Source: Octopus vulgaris (taxonomy: Eukaryota). From it: 64,000 nucleotides of DNA. The notes under the pieces were generated by a model. That model worked only from the letters and a program-made list of their open reading frames with translations. It was not told the DNA's origin and made no database searches. A program made the translations under genes and the position numbers. Shown piece after piece: positions 40,542 to 53,757 of the stretch. The stretch spans positions 37,324,001-37,388,000 of the forward strand of contig OX597818.1 of NCBI GenBank assembly GCA_951406725.2, in the 5' to 3' direction. Each line of letters opens with the position of its first letter. Positions within the stretch are counted from its first letter, which is position 1.

Positions 40542-40986
40542 CATAGTATCAACCAGGTCTCAGATGCTGTTATACACTGCTGAACACAATGCACTTCTAA
40601 TTCTGTCTTGATTGCATCATTCTTTTCCATCTTGACCCAAATTGCTAAACTAAATCATTTTCCCATCATTGTAGAAGCCTTCCAAGTGACTTTTTCCAAT
40701 CTCTTGGATACCGCTCAGCTACTACATGGGTCCATCTGTTGTCTTTGAACTTTGCTACCTGTCTGACCCAGTGAATTTTTGTATTCTACAATCACATTGT
40801 TCTCTCTGCCTCAGTCTCCAATTATCTCATTTTCAATATGTTCTCAGAATAATACACATGTCAGACTCTTTAATAGTACTGCTCTACCTGTGTTCTTATA
40901 CACAAGTGAGACGTGGGCTACTCTGAAGAGGATAGATCAACAATTGGCTACAACACAAAGAGCCATAGAAAGATCCATGCTAGGAA
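40542..40986 (-). mobile_element. RTE LINE 3' end with inverted 5' segment
   Basis: Plus strand 40851-40986 encodes HVRLFNSTALPVFLYTSETW...QRAIERSMLG; minus strand from about 40850 encodes EHIENEII ... WVRQVAKFKDNRWTHVVAERYPRDWKKSLGR. Confidence 0.8.
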
Positions 40987-41024
40987 TATATATATATATA
41001 TATATATATATTCACACACATATA

Positions 41025-41444
41025 CAGGTCATCGTCAACTTATGACCGATCGACTTTGCAATGATTGGCGTGCCAGCTCCTGGCATCAATAATAAATAGT
41101 CCAGTTGAAATCTAATGGGTTTACTTTCTTGAAATTAACCTGTTTACAGATGATGTCAGCTAACAATGCATCTCCTAGGTTTGGTTATCAATCGCCACTG
41201 TGTTGGATGACTATCCTGTCACAGAGACATCGAGGCAACCTTGTATTCATCAGACGACAGCTTGAGACTCCGAAATTTTTGACTAACACCAGTATGATAG
41301 TATCATACAGAATGCTGTGTGTGACTTTTACCTGAGAATGTACCTCCAGAATGTAAAAACATAAAACAAAGCTATGTAGGCCTATAGGTCGACTTACGAC
41401 CATTCAGTCAGAACCAGTTGTAGTCGTAAGTCAATGTTGACCTG
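41025..41444. mobile_element. Tigger/pogo-like MITE
   Basis: TA|CAGGTCATCGTCAACTTATGAC ... GTCGTAAGTCAATGTTGACCTG|TA. Confidence 0.8.
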
Positions 41445-42749
41445 TATATATATAAATATATATATATATATGTATGTATACACACACACATGTACACACA
41501 GGTAAGCACATAAGTGCAAAACAAGATGGAAAAGATAGTACTCGAATACCAAAGGTAGAGTAATATGCTTTTTGTTAACGCTGCAAAATTATCGTAGTTA
41601 TGATAGAAATATATGTGTGTATGTGTATATATAATTATAATTGTAGGGCACTAAATATTGTTGTTTAAAATCTATACTAAAGGTTCCCTTACCAAGATAT
41701 TTTTAAAGCTGTTTCTGATTTGACTTTATAATCAACATTTTATTATATTTCTTATATCACAATTCAGTTTTAAATATATGAGATATATTGTATTCATAAT
41801 TTAATGCTAATGTTCATACAGCTTGAAGAAAAATTGTAACCATCGTTTAGAGAAACATAACCAGCCATATGTGAGATGGTGGTTACTGCTAGCTAAAAGA
41901 GAGATTTATTGCAATTAAAAAAAGTATAACACAAGAAACTATCTTGTGTGTTGTTTTTATTTTGGGTTGGTGGATGGATAGCTTCTACTGTTGCTTTTAT
42001 TTTTCTAGAAATTCTTGTGTTTTGGAAAAGGAAATCAAATCGGATACAATTGAGAATTGTAAAAGTGGAATTGTTTTCAGTAGATATGCCCTTAGCATAT
42101 GTAATGACTTTCCTTGTTGCATTATTTGTCTCCTTAATCTAGCTAACCACAAAATAATAAATCCACATTTAAGTGATTACATGAAGCCATAAAAAGCAAA
42201 GAATCTCTAATTGGAAAGGTTATCAAAGTTGTGTGTGCCTCTGTACATGTCAGAGAATAATTTACAAAATTTACATTAGATCTTTTATTTTATCTAAATT
42301 ATTATCCCTATAATGTAAGATGAGTAATCTTTGTTTTTTTACTTGTTTCAGTCATTAGACTGCAACCATACAGGGGCATTGCCTTAAAGAATCTTTAGTA
42401 GAATGAATCAACCCTCATACTTATTACTGAAGCATTTTGAATTATCTAATGTTGTTTTTTTTTTTTAATCTGACTGAAATAACAACATAACATCACATTT
42501 TCATCAAATTTTACTCTTTGTATTTTGGAAGGGATTCTTTTTAACTCTGAAAAGGTGTTTTTTTTTTTTCTTTCTTTCCTTTCTTAATTTGTTAACTTGA
42601 AAATGATATTAGAATTGGAATTAAAATCTTGATCTACCTCTGATAGTATTTATGAAACAAAGCTTGCCATCAAGAACTAATGATATTACATAAATTAATT
42701 TGTAAACCACAATATTTTTTTTTAATCACTAATAGATACAGTAGTTTAA

Positions 42750-42958
42750 CCCTTTAGTGTTCAGATTATTCTATCAAACATAATGCTTATTGATTCCCAT
42801 TGATTTGAATTAATCATGCATTATCTCATATCTTCAAGATCTTGATGGTGTAATTACTTAATGTAGAATAACATTGTAGGGTAGGTATGAGAGCCTGGAT
42901 CTGGTCAGTTTGAACATAAAACAGATTAACTATTTTGGCCGGTTTAAATACTAAAGGG
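42750..42958. mobile_element. piggyBac-type MITE family 1
   Basis: TTAA|CCCTTTAGTGTT ... AATACTAAAGGG|TTAA. Confidence 0.85.
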
Positions 42959-44624
42959 TTAAGCATAATGTATCAATGTTGTTGGTTCCAAATATGTCAG
43001 GTTTGAAATTACATCAGCCATTCTGTGAAAGTCTTGTAATTCATTACATGATTTCTTTCAATTTGGACAACTACTTAGAATTCCATACCAATCTCTCTTC
43101 CAGTCAACAGATGACTATACATCTACAACAAAGGATTAAATCATTGGCATATTTGTTACAGAATTTTGAAGTTTTTTCTTCTTTTTTGTTACCCTGCTGC
43201 ATACATTTAAAATGGTTCCTTTGATTCAGAGATTGTCAAATAGTTACACACATGTACTTGCTCTTTTCTTGCATAATTTGTGCTTATAGGTTCAGTATGA
43301 TATAATATAAATTACTTGACTGTTTGACTTCTTATTGATGTTTCATAGTTTTTCATTTTTCTCTTTGTCTAAGCTTATTATATTACAACCTGTTTTAGTA
43401 TCACTCACTTCCAAGAAATATTCCTATGTTATAGGATATCAGCAATTTGCTATTAGTGTTTCCCTCAAGTAGTAGGTAATGTCCTATAGAAAGGGGCTTT
43501 TCTTTGTGTATGTCATGCTTTTATAGCTATAAATACTTTGTCTGTGAATTATATTTCTATTTTCTAGTTTCTCTCTTACATATGTGGGATATATTTCTAT
43601 GATATCAGTCTTTGTGGAAATATTTCTTGTGTTCATTGTAGCCTAGAGTGTCATGTAATAGGGAAGGGTATAGTTCTTCTGAAATTCCCTTGAATAAACC
43701 AGATTAATTAATTTGCATGGAAAAAAAAACTAACATTACAAATTACTACTGCTTCTTTGTTACTGAATTACATAAACCTGCTTAATTCTTTATCATCCCC
43801 CACTTTACAATTTACCTGGGCAGCTGTATAACAACCATTCATCATAACTTCTCATAAATTATTGAGCTGCTAACAGCTCTTACTCTGGACAGGAAATGAG
43901 TTATTATTTCATCAGAATTTGTCTCTTGGCCATTTCTTTGTGTAATTAATGGCTGTATTGTTTGATTAGAAACGTCTCACAGTTCTTGTAAATATTCTGC
44001 TTATTTTCTGTTCCCTTATAGCTCCACCATCGTCATCGGTGTCAGTATCCCGGCGGGACAAATCCTTCATCCAACTATCCAGGACAAGTTAACATTCAGG
44101 TTAGGCTGATTTCTGGTGTATTTCTTGATCCATGCTACTAATAACAACTAATAGCAAACATCTTACTTCTCTTCTTGTTAGTGTACCTGCAAGGCTGCGC
44201 ACACTTTTGGGCATGTACATATAGCTGCCTGCGCACATACGTGCCCTCTTTGTGAAGATTTATGTATACATAATTTACATAAAATCATTTATTAGTTCCT
44301 AAAGGAAGTCTTATCAGTAAAAGAGTCTGTTTCTTAATGGATGTCCCTCTCAGCAGTTTTCAGATAACGACTGCCTTTCCACTGTAACATCAGTTGTATC
44401 AACTTTGGGCTTCTTTCATTTCAAGCCAGCTTTACTCATTTAGCAACAAGCCGAGAAAGAGTATAATATCACTGTAGAGAATGATAGAAATCTAAATAAA
44501 TAACACTCCATTACTATGGTAGCTGTGTAGAGGTTAGGTAATATATAGAGTGAGGGAATATATATATGTGAATACAAAAGTTTTTGGCACCCTTCTGTAT
44601 TGTTATTGACAGCTATAATTATTT

Positions 44625-44848
44625 CTTTATTACCCACAGGGGGCTGAACATAGAGGGGACAAGCAGACAGACAAAGGGATTAAGTCGATTACATCGACCC
44701 CAGTGCGTAACTGGTACTTATTTAATCGATCCCGAAAGGATGAAAGGCAAAGTCGACCTTAGCGGAATTTGAACTCAGGACGTAGCGGCAGACGAAATAC
44801 CGCTAAGCATTTCGCCCAGAGTGCTAACGTTTCTGCCAGCTCGCCACC
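44625..44848 (-). mobile_element. tRNA-headed SINE, family B (young, CpG intact)
   Basis: Reverse complement of the family B head and body; its 3' part differs from the 16961 copy. Confidence 0.85.
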
Positions 44849-45894
44849 CTACGGCAGCTATAATGTAGCTATTAATTGTACAATCAAGTGAGGTTTTCTG
44901 TCTTTAAAAGGAAGATAACTCCTTAGAACTTCTATCATGAAGTACTAAAATAGAAACAAATAATAACTGAGCATAAAGAAAATGTATTTTCATTATGATT
45001 TTGTAAAATTTCTCTTTGCCTTAAAAATAAGCTTGATATGAGTATTGCAGTTGCAATTATATGATCACTATGTGTTAAAGCAAATAAGCCTTGTGTTAAC
45101 GTAGAAGAAAGTATATTATAATGTAGATGTAAAAACAAGAAGAGAGATCCATTACACAAAGAATATTGCTGAAATGGCTTAACTGTTTGCTTAGATGATA
45201 AGTGCTTATATATATTTTCCAGGAAAGATGAGAATTAACAAGCAATTTTATGATACAATTATCAACATCTTTCTCATGAGACAAAGCGAAAGAACTTAAT
45301 CTACAAATGCTAGTGAAAACCTGGAGGCAAATAACGAAGATACATTATGGCAGATTCTTTTACAGGAAATGAGAAGAAAATTTTCAGGATTAAATAATAG
45401 ATGCATAAAAATAATCAGTAGAATTAGAGAAAAATTGTGATAGTTTTCATTAGCAGGATTTAACTCAGTAAAAATAAAAAGCGTGAGGTATGTTGGAATA
45501 TCATGAAGGTAAAAAAAAAACCTTAATGTTTAGATAACAGGCTTTGTCTTAGGTATCAGATATTTTGCCTCACAGCATGTGAATATAACTTCTTTTTTTG
45601 TTTTGATATATAAGTGGCTCAAAGGTAGTCGAGAGTGACAGAAGCAATAGTGTATTAAACTATGTCTTTCCAGATTTATTTCATTTCACTTACTTTCTGG
45701 TTTTCAACCCAGCTAGGATCAACTTTGTCCTTCTTCTCACTGATGTTGATTCCTTCTATTTCAATAAAAAGTGTGTTACTGATATAGATAAACAAACATT
45801 GATATTCATAAGGTAGAAACCATATGTAAGAGATCAAAGAATATAGTGGGGTAAAGATAGTTACTGTGATGTTTGTCTTTCTCCTTAAGTATAT

Positions 45895-46230
45895 CTTTTA
45901 TCTTTTACTTGTTTCAGTCATTAGACTACAGCCATGTTGTAGAGATTTTTTGTCAAATGAACTGACCCCAGTACTTTTCCTTTTTTAAGCCTGGTACTTA
46001 TTCTATCAGTCTCTTTTGCTGAGCTGCTTAGTTATTAGGACATAAACAAACAAAGACACACACATAGATAGATAGATAGATAGATAGATAGACAACAGGT
46101 TTCTTTCAGTTTCCATCTACCAAATCCATTCACAAAGGCTTTGGTCAGCCCAAATCTATAGTTGAAGACACTTGCCCAAGGTGCCATGCAGAGGAACTGA
46201 ACCCAGAACCATGTGGTTGTGAAACAAGTT
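45895..46230 (-). mobile_element. SINE family A
   Basis: TTTTACTTGTTTCAGTCATTAGACT ... AGACACTTGCCCAAGGTGCC...GAACCATGTGGTTG. Confidence 0.8.
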
Positions 46231-47256
46231 TAAAATAAATTACATGAAGCATGTAGCTAGTATGAAATGTAGTTATAGTGTTAGGGGCAGCAATTTTCAT
46301 TTTAATAAATATATCTATTGTTCACAAGTGTTAACTTTAGTTGATCCCTTGTTTTACCTATCTGCTTTTTTTTTTTTTTGCAAAATTGTAATTAATAGGT
46401 TATCACTATAAAAAAAAAGTTATTTGTATAGAATAAATATTTTAAATTTCTTTCATAACTGGTTACACTGAACTGACTTCTCAATGTTACATTTTAAAGT
46501 ATCTGTATTGTGTAACTACTAACTACACTAGTACTCAAACTGGGACTAATGGACTAATACAGCAACATTAGTCCCAATCTGTTGGTTAAAGAATATAACA
46601 TTGAGGATTTATGCAAAATTGCTTTTCCATTCTGACACTCATTATAGGTCTCAAAATTCTTTTTTTTGCAAACTAGGGTTACCTGCCTGTAAATGCTATT
46701 TTAGTGGATTATGTTCAATCAAAATTTGTATTTGTGGAATAAAGAAGGGGAAAAAGAGTAACATCTGTTTCCAAGTGTATTTGTGGTATTTCTTCTTTCG
46801 GTGTTATTTCTTTATATCAGATTTTTTTGAGAATTTTCTTTACTTTGTTGGTTTGAATTCTTACAGCAAATATTAGGTTACTCATGACAAATATTAAAAC
46901 AACCATTTGCATTTACATCATAAACCATATAAATTGTTTTGATGGGCAGCTACTCCCTACAGTAAACCCCACCCGTCCACCTGTCTTTTCTCTTCATATA
47001 GGGTGTTTAAACATTTGAATTAGTAGATTCTCTATCATTTATAAAGTGTAACAAGTTTCTATTTGTGTGTCATTGTAACTTTTGCATCTATTTTCATCAG
47101 TTTTCTCTTGCATCTATTTTCATTGTTTTCATTTATTACTGACAAGAATACTTTGTCGATCCTCATTTGTATCAATTAAAATTTTCTATTACCTCATGGA
47201 TGCTTATTTGCCCTCATTGTATTAATACTTTTTGTGAATATATGTATAGAAAACGT

Positions 47257-47291
<35 letters not shown>

Positions 47292-47834
47292 CTACTAATT
47301 CTTTTGTGTATGCCATTCAATCTATGCCACATGTTTAAATCAATCAGAAAATTCTCTCCAAACATTACTACTTTAGTATAGTCTAGATTATCATTATGAG
47401 CTTTTTAATGGAAAGAAATTATAACATTCAAGAAATATGTTTAGTGCATGTTAAAAGTTAATTTTTCCAGATTTTTTTTTCCCCATTTATAATTATAATT
47501 ATAGTATTTTTGCTGCTAGTGTTATCTAGCCTAAGCAAATAGCTTATGATTACAATGCATGTATATGTGAAACTTAGTATCACGCAAAATGAAAACCATA
47601 TTGATACTAAGAATTTTTAATAATCCTGCAAGTTCACTACTAAACTTTTTATACTTTCACTAATAATGTAATTTTTATGGTTGTTACAAAGTCCATTGCA
47701 TCAAATTTTCATTCCATTTGTGTATTCATTGTTGAATTTTGCTGATAACTTGTAATATTGTCTTCGATATTAGGTGTTTATTTTAGAAGTAATGTTGACC
47801 AAAAATAATAATTTGTCAGTAATGAATAGTGAGA

Positions 47835-48155
47835 CTATTGGTGGTGTCTGTTTGGGGTGACCCCCTTTGGTCATGAATGACCATGAGATTGCACCTACAA
47901 AGTTACCCTCTGAGGCACAAGTTCAGGCAAGGTTATTTATGGAAGACCAGCAGTCACCTATGTATACTAGCCTCTCCTCTCTATGCTACCAATGTTATCC
48001 AAGGGAAAGGCAAAAGCCAATACAGCTTGGCATCAGTGATGTTGCAACTCATTTCTACAGCTGAGTGAACTGGAGCAATGTGAAGTAAAGTGTCTTGCTC
48101 AAGAACACAACATGCAGCCCAGTCCGAGAATTGAACTCACAACCTCACGATCGTA
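47835..48155 (-). mobile_element. tRNA-derived SINE (further family)
   Basis: GAATTGAACTCACAACCTC (reverse B box), AAGTGTCTTGCTCAAGAACACAAC body, GGTCATGAATGACCATG hairpin tail. Confidence 0.65.
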
Positions 48156-48572
48156 CCTTCATTGGTGTCAGTTTACTTATATGTTTAATGCAGTAATGGA
48201 CATAACTATTTTTTTATGTTCCACTTTTTTTCAATTAGTAGATGAGTTCGCAGTCACATAGTGACTGATTCACATTTCGTTTGGTTTCAATATATATTCA
48301 AGACTTATAAATAAGCATGTAAATATTGTATGGTGTCCTTATTGGTCAAGAAAATAAGAATTAAGACTTCCAGTCAGTGCTGTTTTCATCATTTAATGGA
48401 TTTGAATATCAGTGAATCCTTATCACAAGAATATTAATATTTAATATATCATCAGCGGGTAAAACTAATGGGGTGGAAGAATCAAAACTTTATATTTGCT
48501 GCTGTTGCTATTGTTGTAAATTCATTCACTCTTTTCTTTTTTCTTTTTCTTTCAGTGAATTTTCCCTTTTAG

Positions 48573-48775
48573 GTGGACATGCAAGATCTGATTGGACTCA
48601 TCAGCATCATTTCCAGTATCAGCATCATTGTCCTTCTGCAGCACCATGGTCTGCATCCCCCCCTGATGGAGGCCGGTGGAGGACACCGTATTGCCAGAGA
48701 TGTGGGAGGTTATTCGAACTTCTTCTCTGTTTACCTGATGACCACCTTTCCCAGAGATTAGCAAGTGAATGCTAA
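48573..48775 (+). CDS. DYRK1A: Probable next (possibly terminal) DYRK1 coding exon
   Basis: Pyrimidine tract then cttttAG; phase 1 fits the 33182 donor. Gives GGHARSDWTHQHH, resembling the post-PEST motif GRARSDPTHQH of vertebrate DYRK1A. Open to TAA 48773-48775; the 3' boundary is uncertain. Confidence 0.6.
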
Positions 48776-50734
48776 AAGAGCCTGTTAGTCCTGAAACTGC
48801 AGTGCAACAGCTACCACTTTTACAGACATCTGGCAGGACTGGTCACTTTCAGACCACTTCCACTCTCATCATCCACCAGATCAGTCAATCATTCATTGGC
48901 TCACTCTACACATTAGTGTGCATGTGTATGTATTTGTATGCAAGTGGGACATCAACTGTGATGATAATGTGTTATAATACCTTGTAGGAACATCCTACAT
49001 CAAACCACCCCAGTGCTACCTTTAGTACAACTAATAGACTGTTATCAACCTTCATTGAACAAACAAACAAACAAACAAAACAAAACAAAAATATTAAAAA
49101 AAAAAATTTGCTGGAGAGAGAGCTTGAAGTAGAGGATGGTATGTTCTTTATTGTAGCAATATCTGTAACTGGTGGAGGGGTGGTGCTGTAGAAATCTGGT
49201 TATCACCATCAGTTGCATGTACAACAAACCTCATGTTTACCACCATCTTCTTCACAGGTATCCTAATGTCATTCATTTCAAGAAGCCATCTAACAGTTGT
49301 GACTATGGCAGTTAAAGGTGGCTACTTTGTTGGAAGCGGATTTCAATGATTTCAATTAAGCCATCACTGTCTTTCATGGTCGCACTATGCATGAGCACAA
49401 TTTTGGGGGATGTGCTTTCAAACCTGTCCAACATGTCTTCCTCATAGCAATTTATCCAAACAGCTTGGTCATAATTTCTAACATCAAAAACCTTCTCTGC
49501 TCATCTCAATTTGAAACAAGCAGTACTCACACTGAAAAAGTTAACGTTGTGAAACAGAACTGGTCAACTAACTCAAGTGTCTCCTTGGTCAAAATCTTAA
49601 CCCTCCAGATGACATTGACATCGCCACTCCACCCCCACTAGTCTGGCTGTTGTCTTTATTTACAAGCCTTGCATACCAAGTTGCAACAGCCTTTTTATGA
49701 CAAAAGAACCGAACAAAAGATTAACATGATAGGGAAGAGTTTTTCATTTTGGTAATATGTTCATCAGTCCAACAATCGATTTTATTTATTTAAACTTTAT
49801 ATCATAATTATTTTTTTTATTAGACTCATCAGCAACCAGATGATGATGATGATGATAATGATGATGATAAAACCTGTATGAAACTAAGAATGATGAGGAA
49901 TCAAAAATTAGGAAATTTAACATTGTTTCCTCCATCATAAACTCCTCTGTCAGCTAATTTTGGAGAAAATGACTGGTTGTGGTTTTGCTTTTTATTTTCA
50001 TTTTTAATTCTTTTAATCAAACCTATAATTTATTATGTCAATTTCCATTAATTATATTCTCTGATGGGGTCAGTATTCATGGAAATATGCTTCATGTTCC
50101 CTTAGGGTACCAGCTCAACTTATTTAGCATGTAGCAATAATGTATTACAGCTTGTGACCCATCAAGAAGTGGAACGCCAGATAAGAAGGCCTCAACCAAT
50201 CACCTCTAGTATCCTTCTGCAAGGAAAGCTTGCCACCGGTATTTTATAATCTGTGAACATCACAATCCAATTCATAGTTTCCAAAAAAAAAAAAAAAAAA
50301 ACCATCATCAGCAAAGCAATAGCTTACAATGGAATTCTACAGGTTTGACTGCTATGTTGATATATCATCTTGAAAGTCAAAAACCCTGAGTTTCTCTCAT
50401 ATCTCATAATATTACAAAGTAAAGTGTCAAGCATTCGATCAGAAGAGCTGAGAGGTTGCCAGCATTCAGATGGATCAAGTTGGCCACCAATGTAAAGTTT
50501 AGGTGGGTCACGTGGCCACAGCATCCAATCAGATGAGCTGGGCAGCTGCTACCTTCCAGTCAGGTGAGCTGGGCACATGCCGGTATCTTTCGTGGTGGGT
50601 TAAAAGGCCACTGTTATTCAATTAGGTGCACAAAGCAACCACGCATTCTCTGGTGTGAGTTGAGTGGTTGCGACTGGCATCTTGTCAGGAAAATTGAGTG
50701 GCTGCAGCTGGTGTCCAACCAAGCATGTCATATA

Positions 50735-50890
50735 ACAGATGCCATCCAATCAGGCAGGTCGAGCTGCCACAGATGCCATCCAATCAAGCAGGTCGAGTGA
50801 CAGATGCCATCCAAACAGGCAGGTCGAGTGACAGATGCCATCCAATCAGGCAGGTCGAGTGACAGATGCCATCCAATCAGGCAGGTCGAA
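50735..50890 (+). repeat. 31-bp minisatellite, 5 units (ACAGATGCCATCCAATCAGGCAGGTCGAGTG)
   Basis: Unit starts at 50735, 50769, 50800, 50831 and 50862. Confidence 0.95.
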
Positions 50891-50908
50891 CAGCCGTTGA
50901 TGTTAATA

Positions 50909-50945
50909 TATATAAGAAGAAAAAAAAGAGTTTGGCATTCAGTCA
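50909..50945 (+). promoter_or_regulatory. Candidate TATA plus Inr core promoter downstream of the CCAAT array
   Basis: TATATAAG 50909-50916 and TCAGTC 50939-50944, about 30-32 nt apart; motif evidence only. Confidence 0.35.
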
Positions 50946-51214
50946 ACTACGTTGAGGGGAAACAGGCATTCAGTCTGGTGTGTCAGGTGGAAACTGACAT
51001 TCAAGGTAATGTCCCTATATGTTAAGTAATTTGGTATTTAAATTTTAGGGGCCATAAATGTAAAACGTTACTGCTTCTTATGTATAACTATAGCTTCCAG
51101 TTGATAACAGCTAGATTAAGACATTTTTTATAAATTCTAAACTTCACCTTATTTTGAACACTAGAGAACATGTTCTAGCATTTTGTATTTCTTTCTACTA
51201 GGGATAGCTATAAG

Positions 51215-51258
51215 TGTGTGTATGTATGTATATATATATATGTATGTATGTCTGTGTG

Positions 51259-51306
<48 letters not shown>

Positions 51307-51376
51307 TATATGTATGTATATATGTATGTATGTATATATGTATGTATGTATATATATATGTATGTGTATATATATA

Positions 51377-51412
<36 letters not shown>

Positions 51413-51610
51413 CAAAATTTTGTGTGCGTGTGTACACATGTAATTCTACACAAACATGCATGTTGGTTAAAAACACATATATAGAGATAATTATATACAT
51501 TTTTATATATAAACATTGTTTTATATATGTGTATATGTGATCAGTGTGTATGTGTATATATATATAATTATGTGAATATTTATATAATTATGCATATATA
51601 TATGCACACT
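51215..51610. repeat. (TA)/(TATG) compound microsatellite
   Basis: Directly visible; explains the YI/MYVC ORFs. Confidence 0.95.
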
Positions 51611-51995
51611 TATAATCATGTATGTATAGGATAGATAGGTAGAAATCAGAAACAGCATGAGTAAGATTATAAGCAAATAGGAAAATAACAAACATTATTT
51701 ATTATTTATGTTATTTTTATCTATAGACATCCTTATCTCTACGCAGAACAAAACACTACTTCGTTGCAGATTAACTATAACAGCTATTTATTTATATGTC
51801 CAACCCATGCTAGCATGGAAAGCAGACATTAAACGATGATGATGATGATATGACAAAGTGAATTAGTAATATTTCAATTGCATATAATGTATGCATTCCA
51901 AGTGGTTGTGTAACAACTTGTTACCTTGGCACTACTGTCATCATATATACATAAGCTTAATTATATCTCTATATTACAAATATATAATATACAAA

Positions 51996-52033
<38 letters not shown>

Positions 52034-52308
52034 TACATGTTGTATATGCATTTGTAAATATATGTGTGTGTATACATACATATATATATACGGTGATGGG
52101 TGAAAATTTTATAAATATAATAATAAGTCCTCTCTGTACATTGACTATAGAAAATGGTCTAATATTAGGGCATATAAATCCCCTACAGAAAATATTAGTA
52201 AGCATGGAAAACAATGCAAGTGATAATGCCCATTTTGTTTTCCATGAGCACTAATATTTGACTATTTTCTATCGTCAATATTCAGTGAAAACTTCCAATT
52301 ATATTTAA

Positions 52309-52312
<4 letters not shown>

Positions 52313-52360
<48 letters not shown>

Positions 52361-52612
52361 TACATACATATATATACCTACATAAATATATACATACATA
52401 TATAAATATATATACATACATACATAAATATATATACATACATACATATATATATATACACACACATACATATATATTTACCTATATCTACATATATATA
52501 TATACCTACATATATATATATATATACATATATATGTATACATACATGTACATACATATATATGTGTGTGTATGTATATATAAGTATATATATATATATA
52601 TATAATATACAC
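52313..52612. repeat. (TA)/(CATA) compound microsatellite
   Basis: Directly visible. Confidence 0.95.
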
Positions 52613-53261
52613 ATAGGTATCAAGATAAAAGTGGGACTAAGACATATATGGCATTATATGATTATATAAGAAGTTACATAAACATTCAAAAATATAAGCA
52701 ACAAAGTAAAAAAGATATATATACCTAGATAGTACTTCATGTCTGTTGCAAAGATTCAGTTATTGGTTGATGAATGATGTGTATAATGCAAATTGGTACA
52801 ATAATACACATCACACAATTAGAAATTATTATGAACACCATAAACGAGAAATTTCAATATATATATATATATATATATTTCATGTTTATGGGTTCTTAAT
52901 TATTTCTCCTTGTATGATATGTATTACTGCACCAGTATGTTCGCCTGTTTGCAGAATACACATTGTCACTGAATATTTGAAACAGCTGTAAAGGATATCA
53001 GGATATATATATATATTTGCTTTTGTAAGTTATATTTTTTGTTATGTTTATATAACATTAAGCTATATAATGTAGTTGTCCATCTTTTATCTTTTTATAA
53101 CACTCGTCAGGTGCAGAGGTCTTAGAGCCAAGTCTTATTTTGTGGCAATATTTTTAACCTAATAAGTAAGTTGGATTTTAAGAGTTTTGGACCTTTCTGA
53201 GTATTAATCCGGTGTTCATCAATTGTACGCTTATACTAGCATCTTCTGACACATTGTAACA

Positions 53262-53757
53262 CATACACACATGTATATGTATTTATATTTGCTATATATA
53301 TATACATACACATGTGTATGTATATATTTATATATATATATACATGTGTATGTATATATTTATATATATACATATATATATACATGTGTACGTATATATT
53401 TATATATATATATACATACATGTGTATGTATATATTTATATATATATATATATATTCATGTGTATATATTTATATATATATATATATTTTCATGTGTATG
53501 TATATATTTATATATATGTATATATATTCATGTGTATGTATATATTTATATATATATACATGAGTATGTATATTTATATATATTTGTATGTATATATATA
53601 CATATATATATCTGTATGTATGTATTTGCAATATATGTGCATATATAGTAATCTATATGCTTAATATATGTATGTATACACGTGTGTATGTACATATATT
53701 TGTTTCTATCTACATACACACACACACACGCGCGACATATTTCATATATGTATGCAT
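53262..53757. repeat. TA-rich microsatellite with higher-order ~30-bp unit (CATGTGTATGTATATATTTATATATAT)
   Basis: Directly visible. Confidence 0.9.

Noticed and set aside
50735-50890. CRISPR array or repeat-protein ORFs (50564-51025)
   Set aside because: Contiguous 31-bp units with no spacers; the period is not a multiple of 3.
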